Below are positions 1 through 11,424 of a stretch of 62,875 nucleotides of DNA, piece by piece (position 1 is the stretch's first letter; each line of letters starts with the position of its first letter). Under the pieces are notes generated by a model. The model was not told where the DNA came from. It saw nothing but the letters and a program-made list of their open reading frames with translations, and did not search any database. This DNA is from Azolla caroliniana (lineage: Eukaryota > Plantae > Polypodiophyta): assembly GCA_043228905.1 (NCBI GenBank), contig JBHGNT010000163.1, positions 1-62,875 of the forward strand. Reading direction: 5' to 3'. The translations under genes were made by a program, and so were the position numbers.

Positions 1-2263
1 AGATTTTTTGCCAAAACTTGGTGATTATTGTGGAAGGAACTTGAAATGTGTGCCAGACCTTCCCAACAGCCGATTCTCAGGCGGTTTGAGTGGCTAGAAT
101 GTGGTGACCCAATCTAGTTGTGAATTGGAAGAAAGGGATGGGTTTGCTTCCTTGCCCCACATAGGGATCACGCCATGTCCATTGCAAAGGGTCCCAACTA
201 ACCTTATGTAGCCATGTGTTTTCATGAGTACATATACGCGGTTTTTTGTATCCAAAGAATCACAGTCCCGGATAAATATTATGCCATCTTTAAGCTTTCA
301 AGTGTCTTGGTATTATAAATGTTTGATACAAATTGGACGTGATGAATTTTCTAAAAACAACGTACACTGCACAATTATATTATAGAAAATAATGAATAAT
401 TGTGCCAACTTATAAGTAGACATGTTTAATCATGGTACACCTAAGTTGCTACAATTGAAGACAATAACACCATATTCCTGTAAGGGTAAAATTGAGAAAA
501 TGCGAGATAACTATTAACTATCTAATCAATGAAACAATGCTATACAAATATGAATAAGTTGATTTGGCAAGAATTTAAAATAATTGATGATATAAAAAAC
601 CACCACCCAAATCATAAATGGGAATAATTTGATGTTGAATCGCGGAAATGTACAAAACAAAAGACATTAGCTCACGATTGACTACATTAATTGAGGTGCA
701 AGAGAGTTAATATAAATCTTACAATGGCTTTGGATCCCTTCTAATCAACTTATTCTCAACAATAAATAAATAAAAACATTATGCACTACAACAAAAAGGT
801 GAAAAATGTCAGCTTGTCATTGACTATATTAATTGAGATGCAATGACCTTCAGTCTCATCGTTAGCATTTTCTTACCTATAAAAACAAACATATGCACTA
901 TTGTTTGATATTTTGAATATTTATATATGTGTGTGGGTTGTCTATAAATATGTCGATGTTATGTTTAAGTGTTTTACATGTATAGGTATATGTGAATTAA
1001 CATAAAATTGGAACAATGTGGTAAGGTGGGTATTTTTGCTTGCCTAGGAGTGTACATGCACATGTGTATGTGTATGTGTATGTGTCAAGGTGTGTGTGGA
1101 TGTGTATAAATGTGGATTTGTATGTATAAGCGTGTGTAATAAGTACGAATGTGTATGAGTATGTTTGCAAGTCTCTAAGAACAAAATGGGGAACTTTATG
1201 AATTAGATAAAGGGGCAAGTAGTGAAAGCAATGTGAACTTTGGAGTAACTGCGTGTAGTGGCAACTTATGTAATTTGGTTTTTATGATTTTATTATGTGT
1301 AAAGAGTAAATAAGGGTAGGTGGTGTGAACGCTAGGCTCGCACCAAACCTAGGTTTAGGAATCATGTAGGTTCGGTGTAAAAAAGGCTCCCTCAAGCCTT
1401 CATGAGAGAAACATCTTGTAGGTTCCACAAGAAAATGAGTGTGTTCACTTGAGGACAGCCTTTAAAGTAATGTGGTCTCGAGTTGGTGGGTTGACAAGCA
1501 TCTTGCTCGGGGCATCTAAGAGGATGACTCTGAAGGTTTCATAATAGATTTTGGATTAATTAAACTTTAGTCAATATAAGTTTGATCGAATTCGTCATCG
1601 AAGCTTCTGTTCGAATCCCAAAATCATCTCGAATTGGCAACGAGCTCTCTACCTCGTTTTGATAGCATCAACAACTCACTTGTCAGATAAAAACAAAAAA
1701 CTCTCCTCTACTTTTTTCTGCTACCATGCAACTATTCTTATCCTGGCAGGGGTGCTAGTCATTGGCAAAGTATGGGTCGATCATTTACATTTAGCACATG
1801 CTTCCTTGTCGTCATGTATGGATTGAGTTTTAAATCCGTTACCTTTTAGTTGGCAATGGCTACCTATTTACTAGGCCTCTTTTGATAATTGCTTTTATGA
1901 GAATCCCAAGCCATTAGCCTTTGTCGCAGGTTTCTTGCTTCAGAGACACAAACACACAGACACGACCACATCACAACAATATGGTAGAGAGTAATGATAA
2001 TTGAAAATGATGATTAAATAATCAATGGTATTGGTAAATCAAGAAGTCATGCATGTGAGAAATTTATTAACATTACCAATGGACATTGGATGGCTTACTT
2101 ATATATAGACATTTTCTTGGTATGTATATGTATGTATACAGAGTATGTACATACATACATATAGACATGTCACATATATATAGAGAAAACAGAGGATGTA
2201 GATACATCTAGAGAGAGAGAGAGAGAGAGATCAGTAAAAGAACAGAGGCACACTGGAACTAAT

Positions 2264-2294
<31 letters not shown>

Positions 2295-2299
<5 letters not shown>

Positions 2300-5200
2300 C
2301 AGAGCAGAGTTCCTAGAGGTTTATCAGAAGCTGAAACAGGAGCTCTTGGAAGATACAGAGGCATTCAGCTACACAGATGATTCCAGAAAGTGGGTCGAGA
2401 AGGTTAGTGTTGTTTCTTTTGTTTGCTTTGTTTTTTCTTTTCTCCTGCATCTTTAAGTTGTATTTTTTGGGATTTTCTCCTCTCTTTTTTCACCTGTAAT
2501 TTGTATCGCTTTTTGGATCCCCCCTTTTTTCTTGCAATTTTGTTTCAAAATTTGGATTTCGAAATTATCATTTTTTTCGTAGTTCCTTTCCTTTGTATGT
2601 GTTTTCATTTTGTTTTTTTATCTGAGTGGTTTTGCATCTGGATTTGTATAGAAAATACTGCATCCGTGAATTGTGTTGAAGAGGTAGTATCACATGAAGA
2701 AGATGCATCAGATCCACAAAAGAAAGACGAAACAATGTACCACACTCATTAAAGAAAGAAGAAATAAAAAAATGAGATTCATGAAAATATGAACTCTGAC
2801 GTATAAAAGAAAGATAGGAAAAATACATCAGATCCATGAAAAGAGTGAATCAGTTTCATAGAAAAAAAACTGAAATATTAACATCACATGCATAAAAAGA
2901 AAGATGATGAAAAATGTAGGCAGATCATAAAAGAATAGAAGATGACAAATGAATCAGATTCATTGAAGAAAGATAAAAAATTTTGAATCAAATCTGTTAA
3001 TAGCAGATGAAAATATGAAATCAGAATTATCTGTAAAAATCTCTGAACTTTCGTTGTTTCCTTCTTCTTTGCAGATGGTTGATTACAATGTACCAGGAGG
3101 TATTACTCTTCTCAACACCTTAAGGTTTTTCTTCCTGAATCATTGACGTTGAATGTCATGTTGAATAACTTAACATTTTTCTTTGTTTTCATATAATATG
3201 CTTGTCATTTTATATTCTCACCATTATACAGGAAAGCTAAATCGAGGATTATCGGTGGTTGATAGTCTTAAGCATTTGAAAAATGAAGAACTAACTGAAG
3301 AGGAAAAATTCTTGGCCTCTGTTCTTGGATGGTCAGTAGAATGGGTGAGTCTCTAGCACAAAATTAGTTGAATATATCGAGCTGCAAATTTGTTCTTATC
3401 CATCCTCTTGTTCTTATTTTTATGCTCAGCTTCAAGCTTATTTCTTAGTCTTGGATGACATAATGGACAACTCCATTACACGTCGTGGCCAACCATGTTG
3501 GTATAGAGACCCTAAAGTGAGTTTTCGTTTCTTTTCTTTTCTAGATAAAGGGTATTCCTGGGTACACATAGGAAAAATATATAATTGACAATTTTAAAGG
3601 ATTACTGATAAAGATCAGATTCATTATATCCAAGTAAAAGAAAGCATCTAAATGTTTTGTGTTTATATAAGATGTGTTGTTTTTCCCAGTCTTAACATTA
3701 GTCTTCAGTTCGCATTGATTAAGCTTGAAAGTATGGAAGTTATTATAAAAAACTGTTCATAGTTACAAGGTTTTGTATTCTACAGGTAGGGTTTATTGCT
3801 ATAAATGATGGGATTATGCTTCGGAATCATATATTTAGATTTTTGAAGCGCCATTTTCGAAACAAAGCTTACTATATCGAACTAAATGACCTTTTTAATG
3901 AGGTGGGTTCAATCTCAATTATCAGATGTCTAAAATCTAAACCCTAAACCTTTAATGTCTGTTCAATGAGCTTTTCTTTTTATCATGGATGAGATATCAC
4001 CTAACATTTTGATTGTAATATTCTTGGTTCTCATAGGACACGTTGGCCTCAATGGAGACATTGCTATAGTCTTTCTTAATTTATTTATTTCTGAGCAAAT
4101 CTGGATTTTTTTAAACTGTGTGGATGAAGGTTTTTTGGGCGTCCTAACTATGCTCATCTCTAATTTCAGGTAGAATTCCAGACATGTGCTGGTCAGATGC
4201 TTGATTTGATAACTACTCCATCTGGAGAAGTGGACTTGTCTAAATACGTGATTCCAACGTACAGTAACCTGGCTTTCTCTGCATTATTACAACTTGTAGA
4301 ATGTACATTACATGGATATCAAATTTGAATATTACACTTTTAACGTTAGCAAAATTTCCTGGAGAAAACTCCGAAATACTCTTTGAGTTTTTGTTTTATT
4401 CACCTGGTTGCTCCAACGTTCTACTTGTTTCCCCAAATTCCTCTGGTCAATGCCTTCAAAGAGAGACACACGACGATAAACTAAAAATGTAATCTCACAG
4501 ATAGCATATATAATGAGAAAAAGGGCAGTTATTTCTCCAAATTCCTCTGGTCAACCCCTCAAAAGTGAGAGAATGATGACAAATTAGACCATATAATTGC
4601 TTAAGATGGGATTGAGCAATGGCATTAATTAGGCGTTTATCATAGTTTTGTCGTTTTTCATTATATTTTTAGTTTTTTCAATATACATTTTTTGGGTCTT
4701 TCAGTTTTCTTCCTCATTTTCCTCTAATTTCTAAATATCACTCTAAGCTTGAATGATCAAAGTTTTGGTCCGTTGAAGATATATCTGTGTTAAGTAAAAC
4801 AGAACGAATTGCACAGTTATTCCTATGAATGAACATAGCTACTTTTAGTAATTTGGTTCATATTAGGTACCAATATATCAGAATTTTGTTGTTTTAAGAA
4901 TCTATTTTGCCGACTCGATATGCAGATATTTGAAAATTGTGCAATGCAAGACAGCATATTACTCCTTCTATCTTCCGGTGAGTTATTTTTTCTTGCTATA
5001 AAAGTTTTTAGTTTTTCTCAGCCTGTTGGCTCATATTTTAGGACGTCCTGAACAAAATAAAGAAATTTCCTTTGTTCAGAATAAGAAAAAAGAAATCTTC
5101 TTTGTTCCAGAGAAGAAAAAAAAAAGTTCTTTGTTCCGAACAAGTAAATTTTTTTTATTTATTCCAAATAAGTGAAAAAACTATTTTTGTTCTGAAAATG

Positions 5201-7359
5201 AAAAATCTTTTTGACTTCTTCCTTACCACTTTAAAAAAAATAGGTTGCATGTGCTCTTTTGATGTCTGGTGAAAGTTTGGAAAAGTATGAAACTGTAAAG
5301 GATATCTTAGTGCTAATGGGCACTTACTTCCAAGTCCAGGTATATTTTATGCTTCATGAGATTTGATTAATCACTATCCATTGCTACTACTTAAAATGAC
5401 GTTTGATATTATTTTATTATATAATATTCTGCAATCCAATATATCGCAGTGTTTAATTAGATATTCAGTAAGAAATATATACACTTCACAGTATGGTATT
5501 TGATTTATGCAAGTCTTCAATAGTATGTGATCATCTGCAGGATGATTACCTTGATTGCTATGGTGACCCTGAGTTTATTGGAAAAGTAAGCTGAAATTTG
5601 GAGTTTTTGAATATTCTCCTTTTATTGTTTTTTTTTAATCAAAATATCCCATCAATTTCAACAAAATTTCCCAAAATGTTCATCTTTTGAAAATTTCAAA
5701 ATACCTCTATCTGATATACAATCTCTCTCTCTCTCTCTCTCACTCATTCACTGTATTGCTGAGAATTTTTGTAGAGAGAGGAGTATTTTGGGAAGTTTGA
5801 AGATGAGGGATTTTTTTGGCACTTATAAAAACTACTAAATGGTATTTGGGGGTATTGTGAAAACAATGAATGGTGTTCTCATAAATGTCCCCCTTTCTCC
5901 CCACACATCCTGCATAATTTTCAACCGGATTTCACAGATTGGGACTGATATTGAAGATAGCAAATGTTCATGGTTAATAGTACAAGCCCTGAAAAGAGCG
6001 AATGAAGACCAAAAACATCGGCTTCTGGTAATTTTTTCTTCTTTTATCTTCATATTGTGAATTCTGAATTATAACTTGCATTTTGTGTTATTCATTGCTT
6101 AATGTATGTGGTCATTACTACAATAGAAGTGTTATGGGAAGGCTGATCATGCATTTGTAGCTGAAGTGAAGAAAGTGTACAGTGAGCTCAATTTACAGGT
6201 TTGTTCTCGAAACATTATCAATTTTTTGTGATGTTTCTAGAAATAATGGTGAAATTACAAACCCTATTGCTTTTTTTGATATTGAGAATTAACCTTAATA
6301 AATAATGAAATTCAGAAAAATAAATGCCACATTTGCAATTTATTGAGAAATAACTTAAATAATAGTGTAAATTGTGTTCTAAATTTGTTATAAATCACTT
6401 GATGTTCCAATTTGCAGTCTGTCTTCATAGAATACGAAAATGAGGTGTATGCCAAACTCATCAGTGAAATTGAGAGCCAAGAAAACAAGGCACTTCAGGT
6501 ATTTTTTGTTGATTTTCATCTTATCTCTACTGTCTATTATATATATATATGCATAGAAAGAAATAGTAGATGTTTTTTGTGCATCATTTGGGAAAATTAG
6601 AAGCTTAAATCTGCTACTCATGCTTCTAATTAGAAATTAGGCATGCACATCAGGTATTTTTGAAATTTTTGTTGATTTTCATCTTATATCTACTATTTAT
6701 TGTATAGATGCTTAGAAAGAAATAGTAGATCTTTTTTATGTATCATTTGGGAGAATTAGAAACGTAAATTTAGTAGTAATATTATCTTAATCCACTAATT
6801 ATACCTTTAATTAGGAACTGGGTTTGTATTAATTTGGGGAACGGGAAGAAACTTTTGTTAATATGCAAAGTAATCATGTCTTAGGGGAATTACGCTACTA
6901 GATTATTCTTAATTTATGAACATTAGACTAATTAAGTTATTGTCTATTCTAAAATATCTTTGATTTAGGGTGTTGATTTGACTGAAGGATATACTGTTAA
7001 TTTTGCAAATAAGGAGTTTTTTTTAATATACTTGAAATGTATAAGCATATTTACATTAAGTGTACTGATTTTCAAGTGTTAATACTGTTTACTGTGGATG
7101 GAAGGTCTGGTCATGAGTAGTAAACTTTCTTAGCCTGTACTGTTGTAAATGTTATTACTCTATGGAACTAAGAGAGCAAGGTTACATTAGGTGGATACAA
7201 TACACATATTCATTAGACTGGCGATCTGTCACACTCCCAGACTCCCACTTCCGTTTTTGTTTAAAAAATATATACCTGTTAGAGAGAGAGAGAGAGATTG
7301 ATATAACACAGGTGGTGCTGAAATCATTTTTGGCAAAAATCTATAAGCGTCAGAAATGA
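2295..7359 (+). CDS. FPS: Farnesyl diphosphate synthase, 13 exons, ~340 aa
   Basis: Exons with GT-AG borders: 2295-2402, 3075-3099, 3232-3344, 3430-3516, 3786-3902, 4170-4258, 4926-4977, 5244-5339, 5541-5585, 5938-6027, 6127-6198, 6418-6498, 7312-7359 (sum 1023 nt, frame intact). Motifs: [68 protein letters not shown]-terminal KIYKRQK. Confidence 0.96.
6496..6770 (+). repeat. Imperfect tandem duplication of the start of FPS intron 12, including its donor site
   Basis: caggtattttttgttgattttcatcttat...gaaagaaatagtagat...catttggga.aattagaa at ~6496-6610 recurs at ~6651-6770. Confidence 0.8.
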
Positions 7360-8435
7360 ATTACCTCGCATCAGCGAAAACATGTGGTTTCAGGTAGCAA
7401 AATCCTCCGCGTTTTGTTTTCCTCTTCAGTGTGAGTTGATAGAGATGTCATGTTTTATCGTGCAAGAGTTTTCAATTGCTTTGCTTATCATCGGAAAACT
7501 ATTTGTGTTGGAAGACAAATTTCGGTTGATTTGAAATGTCGGTATGCGACACCCCCCTTATTTATTCCTTGCTCGATTAAAACGAGAATTTAAAACATTG
7601 ATTTTTTACCCTGTAATCAATTGAATACTCTTTTGGTATTGAGTTATGAATAGTCTGTCTCTTGAAAAATAATGATTTGTTTTTGTATTGTCTCAAAATA
7701 TAACATGCACAGAACAGTGTAATGGTTTTGATATGGCTGTGAAGGAATACTCTCTTGAAGCGTTAAGATACATGTTACAGAATATTCTCTTCTTCATAGC
7801 CTTGTATCATGGATTGGTACAGGCTTTACCTGTAGACCATCGGAAGAAGATAAATAAATAATGTAATCAAGTTTATCAAGTCCAATTGATATGCAATTGC
7901 TTTTTACTTTAAAAACAATGAAAATGAAGTATCACATGAACCATTCAAATATTTCATATATACATACATATATAATGCATCCAAGGAAGTTTTTAAATCT
8001 GACACTACATTATAATGGGAAAACGGTAGTGAACACTAAAGACATCTCATTTATATGGTATGTAAGAACGTAAGAAGCTTGTTACCATTAATTTGACGTG
8101 AGGAGACTACATTTCTAGATTTATTTCAATCTTTATGAAAATGTGCGCAAAAAACTCTAGATGCTTGTTACCACTAATTTGATTCGATGAGGGTACATTC
8201 TTTACGAAAGGTAAAATGTTCAGAGCAGGATAGTGAAGTGGCACAGAATGTCCATTAGGCACGTTTTAGGATGTGAATGGATTTAACATGCTAAGATATT
8301 TCATTCTGCAATCACAAAATCAATCATAAACTATCCCTAGGTCTGTGTGGCCCCACTAGAGACGCTGGGCATATGTACATACTCAAGTGAAAGTCACCTA
8401 ATGTTGTATATGTATGGTTATGACTATGATTGCTA

Positions 8436-8527
8436 CATTAACTAAAGGATCGATTGAGGTTTGCTGCATTAACTAAAGGATCGATCGAGGTTTGCTGCAT
8501 TATATAAAGGATCGATCGAGGTTTGCA
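8436..8527. repeat. ~31-bp minisatellite x3 upstream of the GT92-like gene
   Basis: cattaactaaaggatcgat(t/c)gaggtttgctg repeated three times, followed by TATG/TCTG microsatellites. Confidence 0.85.
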
Positions 8528-8746
8528 TATAAATAAATGCACACATAAATGTATAAATGATACACACACAATGCATAAAATATGTATATGTATGTCTGTA
8601 TGTATATGTATATGTATGTATGTCTGTCTGTCTGTCTGTCTGTCTGTATGTATGTATATGTATATGTATGTACGTATTTGCATGGTATGTATGTCTGTAG
8701 AAGAAGGTAGAGATGGAGGATCTTGAATAAACTCTGAAATAAGAAT

Positions 8747-10072
8747 ATGGTGCCATGGCCAAGAAGCAGATGGAGAAGAACACCACCAGCAAGAAGAGGA
8801 AGAAGAAGACCACCTTCTCTGAATCTCCTCCTCCTCCTCCCACTACGTCTGTGGTTAGCCATTGCTCTGTTTCTCACATGCTTCCTCTACCTCTTCCTCT
8901 CCGGCTTCTTCTCCTCTCCATTCGTCCACCCTACCCCTCTTCAACCGCTTCCATGGCTCCGATCAGTTGGCCATGATAACTTCTATAGCATCTGCCGAAA
9001 CCCTAACCCTAACTCTAACGTTACTAGCCATAACCCTAAGCCTGACCCTGATTCTGACGGAATTAACGCTCTCGCGAACGTTAAGGGAAGTAAATCTACT
9101 TCTAATCCAATCCCTGACAAAAGTGGCCATGTTTTCAACGGAAGCTCAGTTCCTAAACCTAACGACTCTAGCCATATTCCAATTTCTGACTGGAACCGTA
9201 ACTCCAGCAAAAGTATCGATGAAATCAATCAATTCTTCCTTGTTGCTGTCATCTTTAACAGAGTATTTGGGCGAGATAGATTTGGGATTGGTCCATATGA
9301 ATGCCGACAGTGGATAGAATACATGGTCTATTCCGGGGTCGAACACATATTCTGGTATGACACTGCCCACAACAATGCAGAATCTCAGGAACCTTACCTC
9401 GCCTCCTACACAAGCGGAGGAATCTTGACCTATCTCAGGTTCCATAGAATCTTCCCAGATTCTGTGACGAAAGGATTCCACTTTGAACAGGACAATGCTT
9501 ATACCCATTTCCTTGCAACTTTCAAGGGCAGAACAAAGTGGGCTATTCAGATAGATGTGGATGAGTATCCTTTCTCTCCCATGGATAAAGAAAGCTGCTT
9601 TTTGCAAAGGTTCATTAGAGAATATGAGAGGAACAATCCCAATGTGACACAGATACTTCTACAATGTATGATCTTTGCCGGAAACCCTAGTGGTGACCTT
9701 ACCCATGGATGGGTTATTGAAAGGTATCAGAGAAGGAAGTATGAAACAGAGGGTCTTGTGAAAGGGTATGAAAGTAGGCAAAAGCCGATATATCGAGCAG
9801 ATTTGTGTAAAGGGATTATTAAAGAGAATCCTCATATTATTAGAATGGAAGATGGGAACACTATAGTTGCCGATGATGTGAAAATCCGATTGAATCATTA
9901 TTGGGGTGCCCGAGAACTTGGTTTCACACCTGATACCATTGAATCGGATTTGATGCTTGTGAATGATAATGGTATTCAATACATTGCATCTCACATCAAA
10001 CAGGAAACAGAGCTGAGAAAGCGAGAAAAAGATGTGCTCGGGACTTTCCTCCGAATGGTTGCATGCTGGTGA
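8747..10072 (+). CDS. Intronless type II membrane glycosyltransferase, GT92/DUF23-like (GT-A fold), 441 aa
   Basis: Basic N-terminal tail, hydrophobic anchor (LWLAIALFLTCFLYLFL), Asn/Pro/Ser-rich stem, then WIEY..YSGVEHIFWYD, Q..AYTHFL and W...IDVDEY (DxD), which are GT92-type motifs. Confidence 0.8.
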   Translation: MVPWPRSRWRRTPPARRGRRRPPSLNLLLLLPLRLWLAIALFLTCFLYLFLSGFFSSPFVHPTPLQPLPWLRSVGHDNFYSICRNPNPNSNVTSHNPKPDPDSDGINALANVKGSKSTSNPIPDKSGHVFNGSSVPKPNDSSHIPISDWNRNSSKSIDEINQFFLVAVIFNRVFGRDRFGIGPYECRQWIEYMVYSGVEHIFWYDTAHNNAESQEPYLASYTSGGILTYLRFHRIFPDSVTKGFHFEQDNAYTHFLATFKGRTKWAIQIDVDEYPFSPMDKESCFLQRFIREYERNNPNVTQILLQCMIFAGNPSGDLTHGWVIERYQRRKYETEGLVKGYESRQKPIYRADLCKGIIKENPHIIRMEDGNTIVADDVKIRLNHYWGARELGFTPDTIESDLMLVNDNGIQYIASHIKQETELRKREKDVLGTFLRMVACW

Positions 10073-10942
10073 ATGTCAGATTTTGGTATATACATATTTC
10101 AATATGCCTTACGAGACATTGCCATGTATATGAGTGCGTGTAGTTTATATATGTTTACATAGTGGATCTTAATCATATTTTTAAATATGTAGATGTCACT
10201 TCAATTTGGATTTCTGAATGCAGTGTCAAAACATTGGCATGTATATGCATTATGTTTATAGATGCAATTTTCTGGAAGATTGACATGAGCTCATGGGTAA
10301 TATAGATAACACACACGAATTTAATTACTCTATCCAGGCATGATAATGGTTTGTGCTGGCATTGTTTGGGGAGGATTTGTGCCATGGCAGAGAACCCATG
10401 GAAATGATGCAGAAGTAGAAGACCAATGCAAAGAAGGCTATACATGAGAACTAATTTTGGAGATGTCTATATATGTATTACGTAAGAGGAAATGGGCCAT
10501 ATAAATGGGAGCCAAAATGAGAGCTTTGGAGGTGTTGTAACTTTCGATGCTTAACACTCTTTTGTCGGTGTCACATTTGTTCTCACTGTACTGTGCCGTG
10601 AGATGGTTAGAACTTAAGGAGATCGCATTAATTTTACTAGCAATCACTTTTAATTTTAAAACCAACATGATTGAATTTAAAATTCCAGATCCTGTTGACG
10701 TGCATATTTTTTGTCCATGGTTCTCTCAATGGCACCTTGATCACACAATTTGTATTCTTGGAGTTTATTTTCAAAAGTATTTGATGTATTTTTGGGTAGT
10801 CATGTTTTACAAAGCTAACAGTGATCAAGATCCTTGATGCTACATTCTATGCTCTATTCAAATCAGTTACCTTGTTATATGTAAATAACCCAGTAGTGCT
10901 AATGCATGGATGCATCATGTATGAAATATTTTACCTTACACC

Positions 10943-11130
10943 ATTTGCATCTCTGCTTGCATCACGTTCATCAAGTTATAAAAGCAGTGGAATGATAGAG
11001 TAAGATTTGGACAATGATCTATAACAGTGTTTCTACATCAATTGCATCTCTGCTTGCATCATGTCCATCAAGTTATAAAAGCAGTAGAATGATAGAGTTA
11101 GGTTTGGACGATGATCTATAACAGAGTTTC
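10943..11130. repeat. ~98-bp tandem duplication in the convergent intergenic region
   Basis: attgcatctctgcttgcatca..tcatcaagttataaaagcagt.gaatgatagag..atgatctataacag occurs twice. Confidence 0.85.
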
Positions 11131-11424
11131 GTGCTCATGACCATTCATCATTTACTCAAAATTTACCATCTGCATCATCTCTTTATCGTCTAAATTAATA
11201 GATGATGCGTATATATCAACAAAAAGAGGATTATAATAACAGCCGCTCTGTAAAAAAAAGAAAAAGATTAGTATGTGCACAAAGTTAGTGTATGACGTGG
11301 TTTCTGACTACTTTCTAGATACATTGTTGTTTCTCACTCTTCTTTGAAGTTTATGAGATTCATCTTCTGATGTAACCAGTGCTTTTTGGTTAATTTTACC
11401 GAGCTTACTCTCCCTGAAGAGTGA

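Noticed and set aside
1-2200. Short ORFs and a ~140-bp-period diverged repeat (~670-850)
   Set aside because: Microsatellite-derived ORFs and unclassifiable decayed repeat sequence.
2295-10072. FPS plus glycosyltransferase as a terpenoid biosynthetic gene cluster
   Set aside because: The GT is a Golgi-type GT-A enzyme, not a family 1 UGT, and no terpene synthase or P450 is present.
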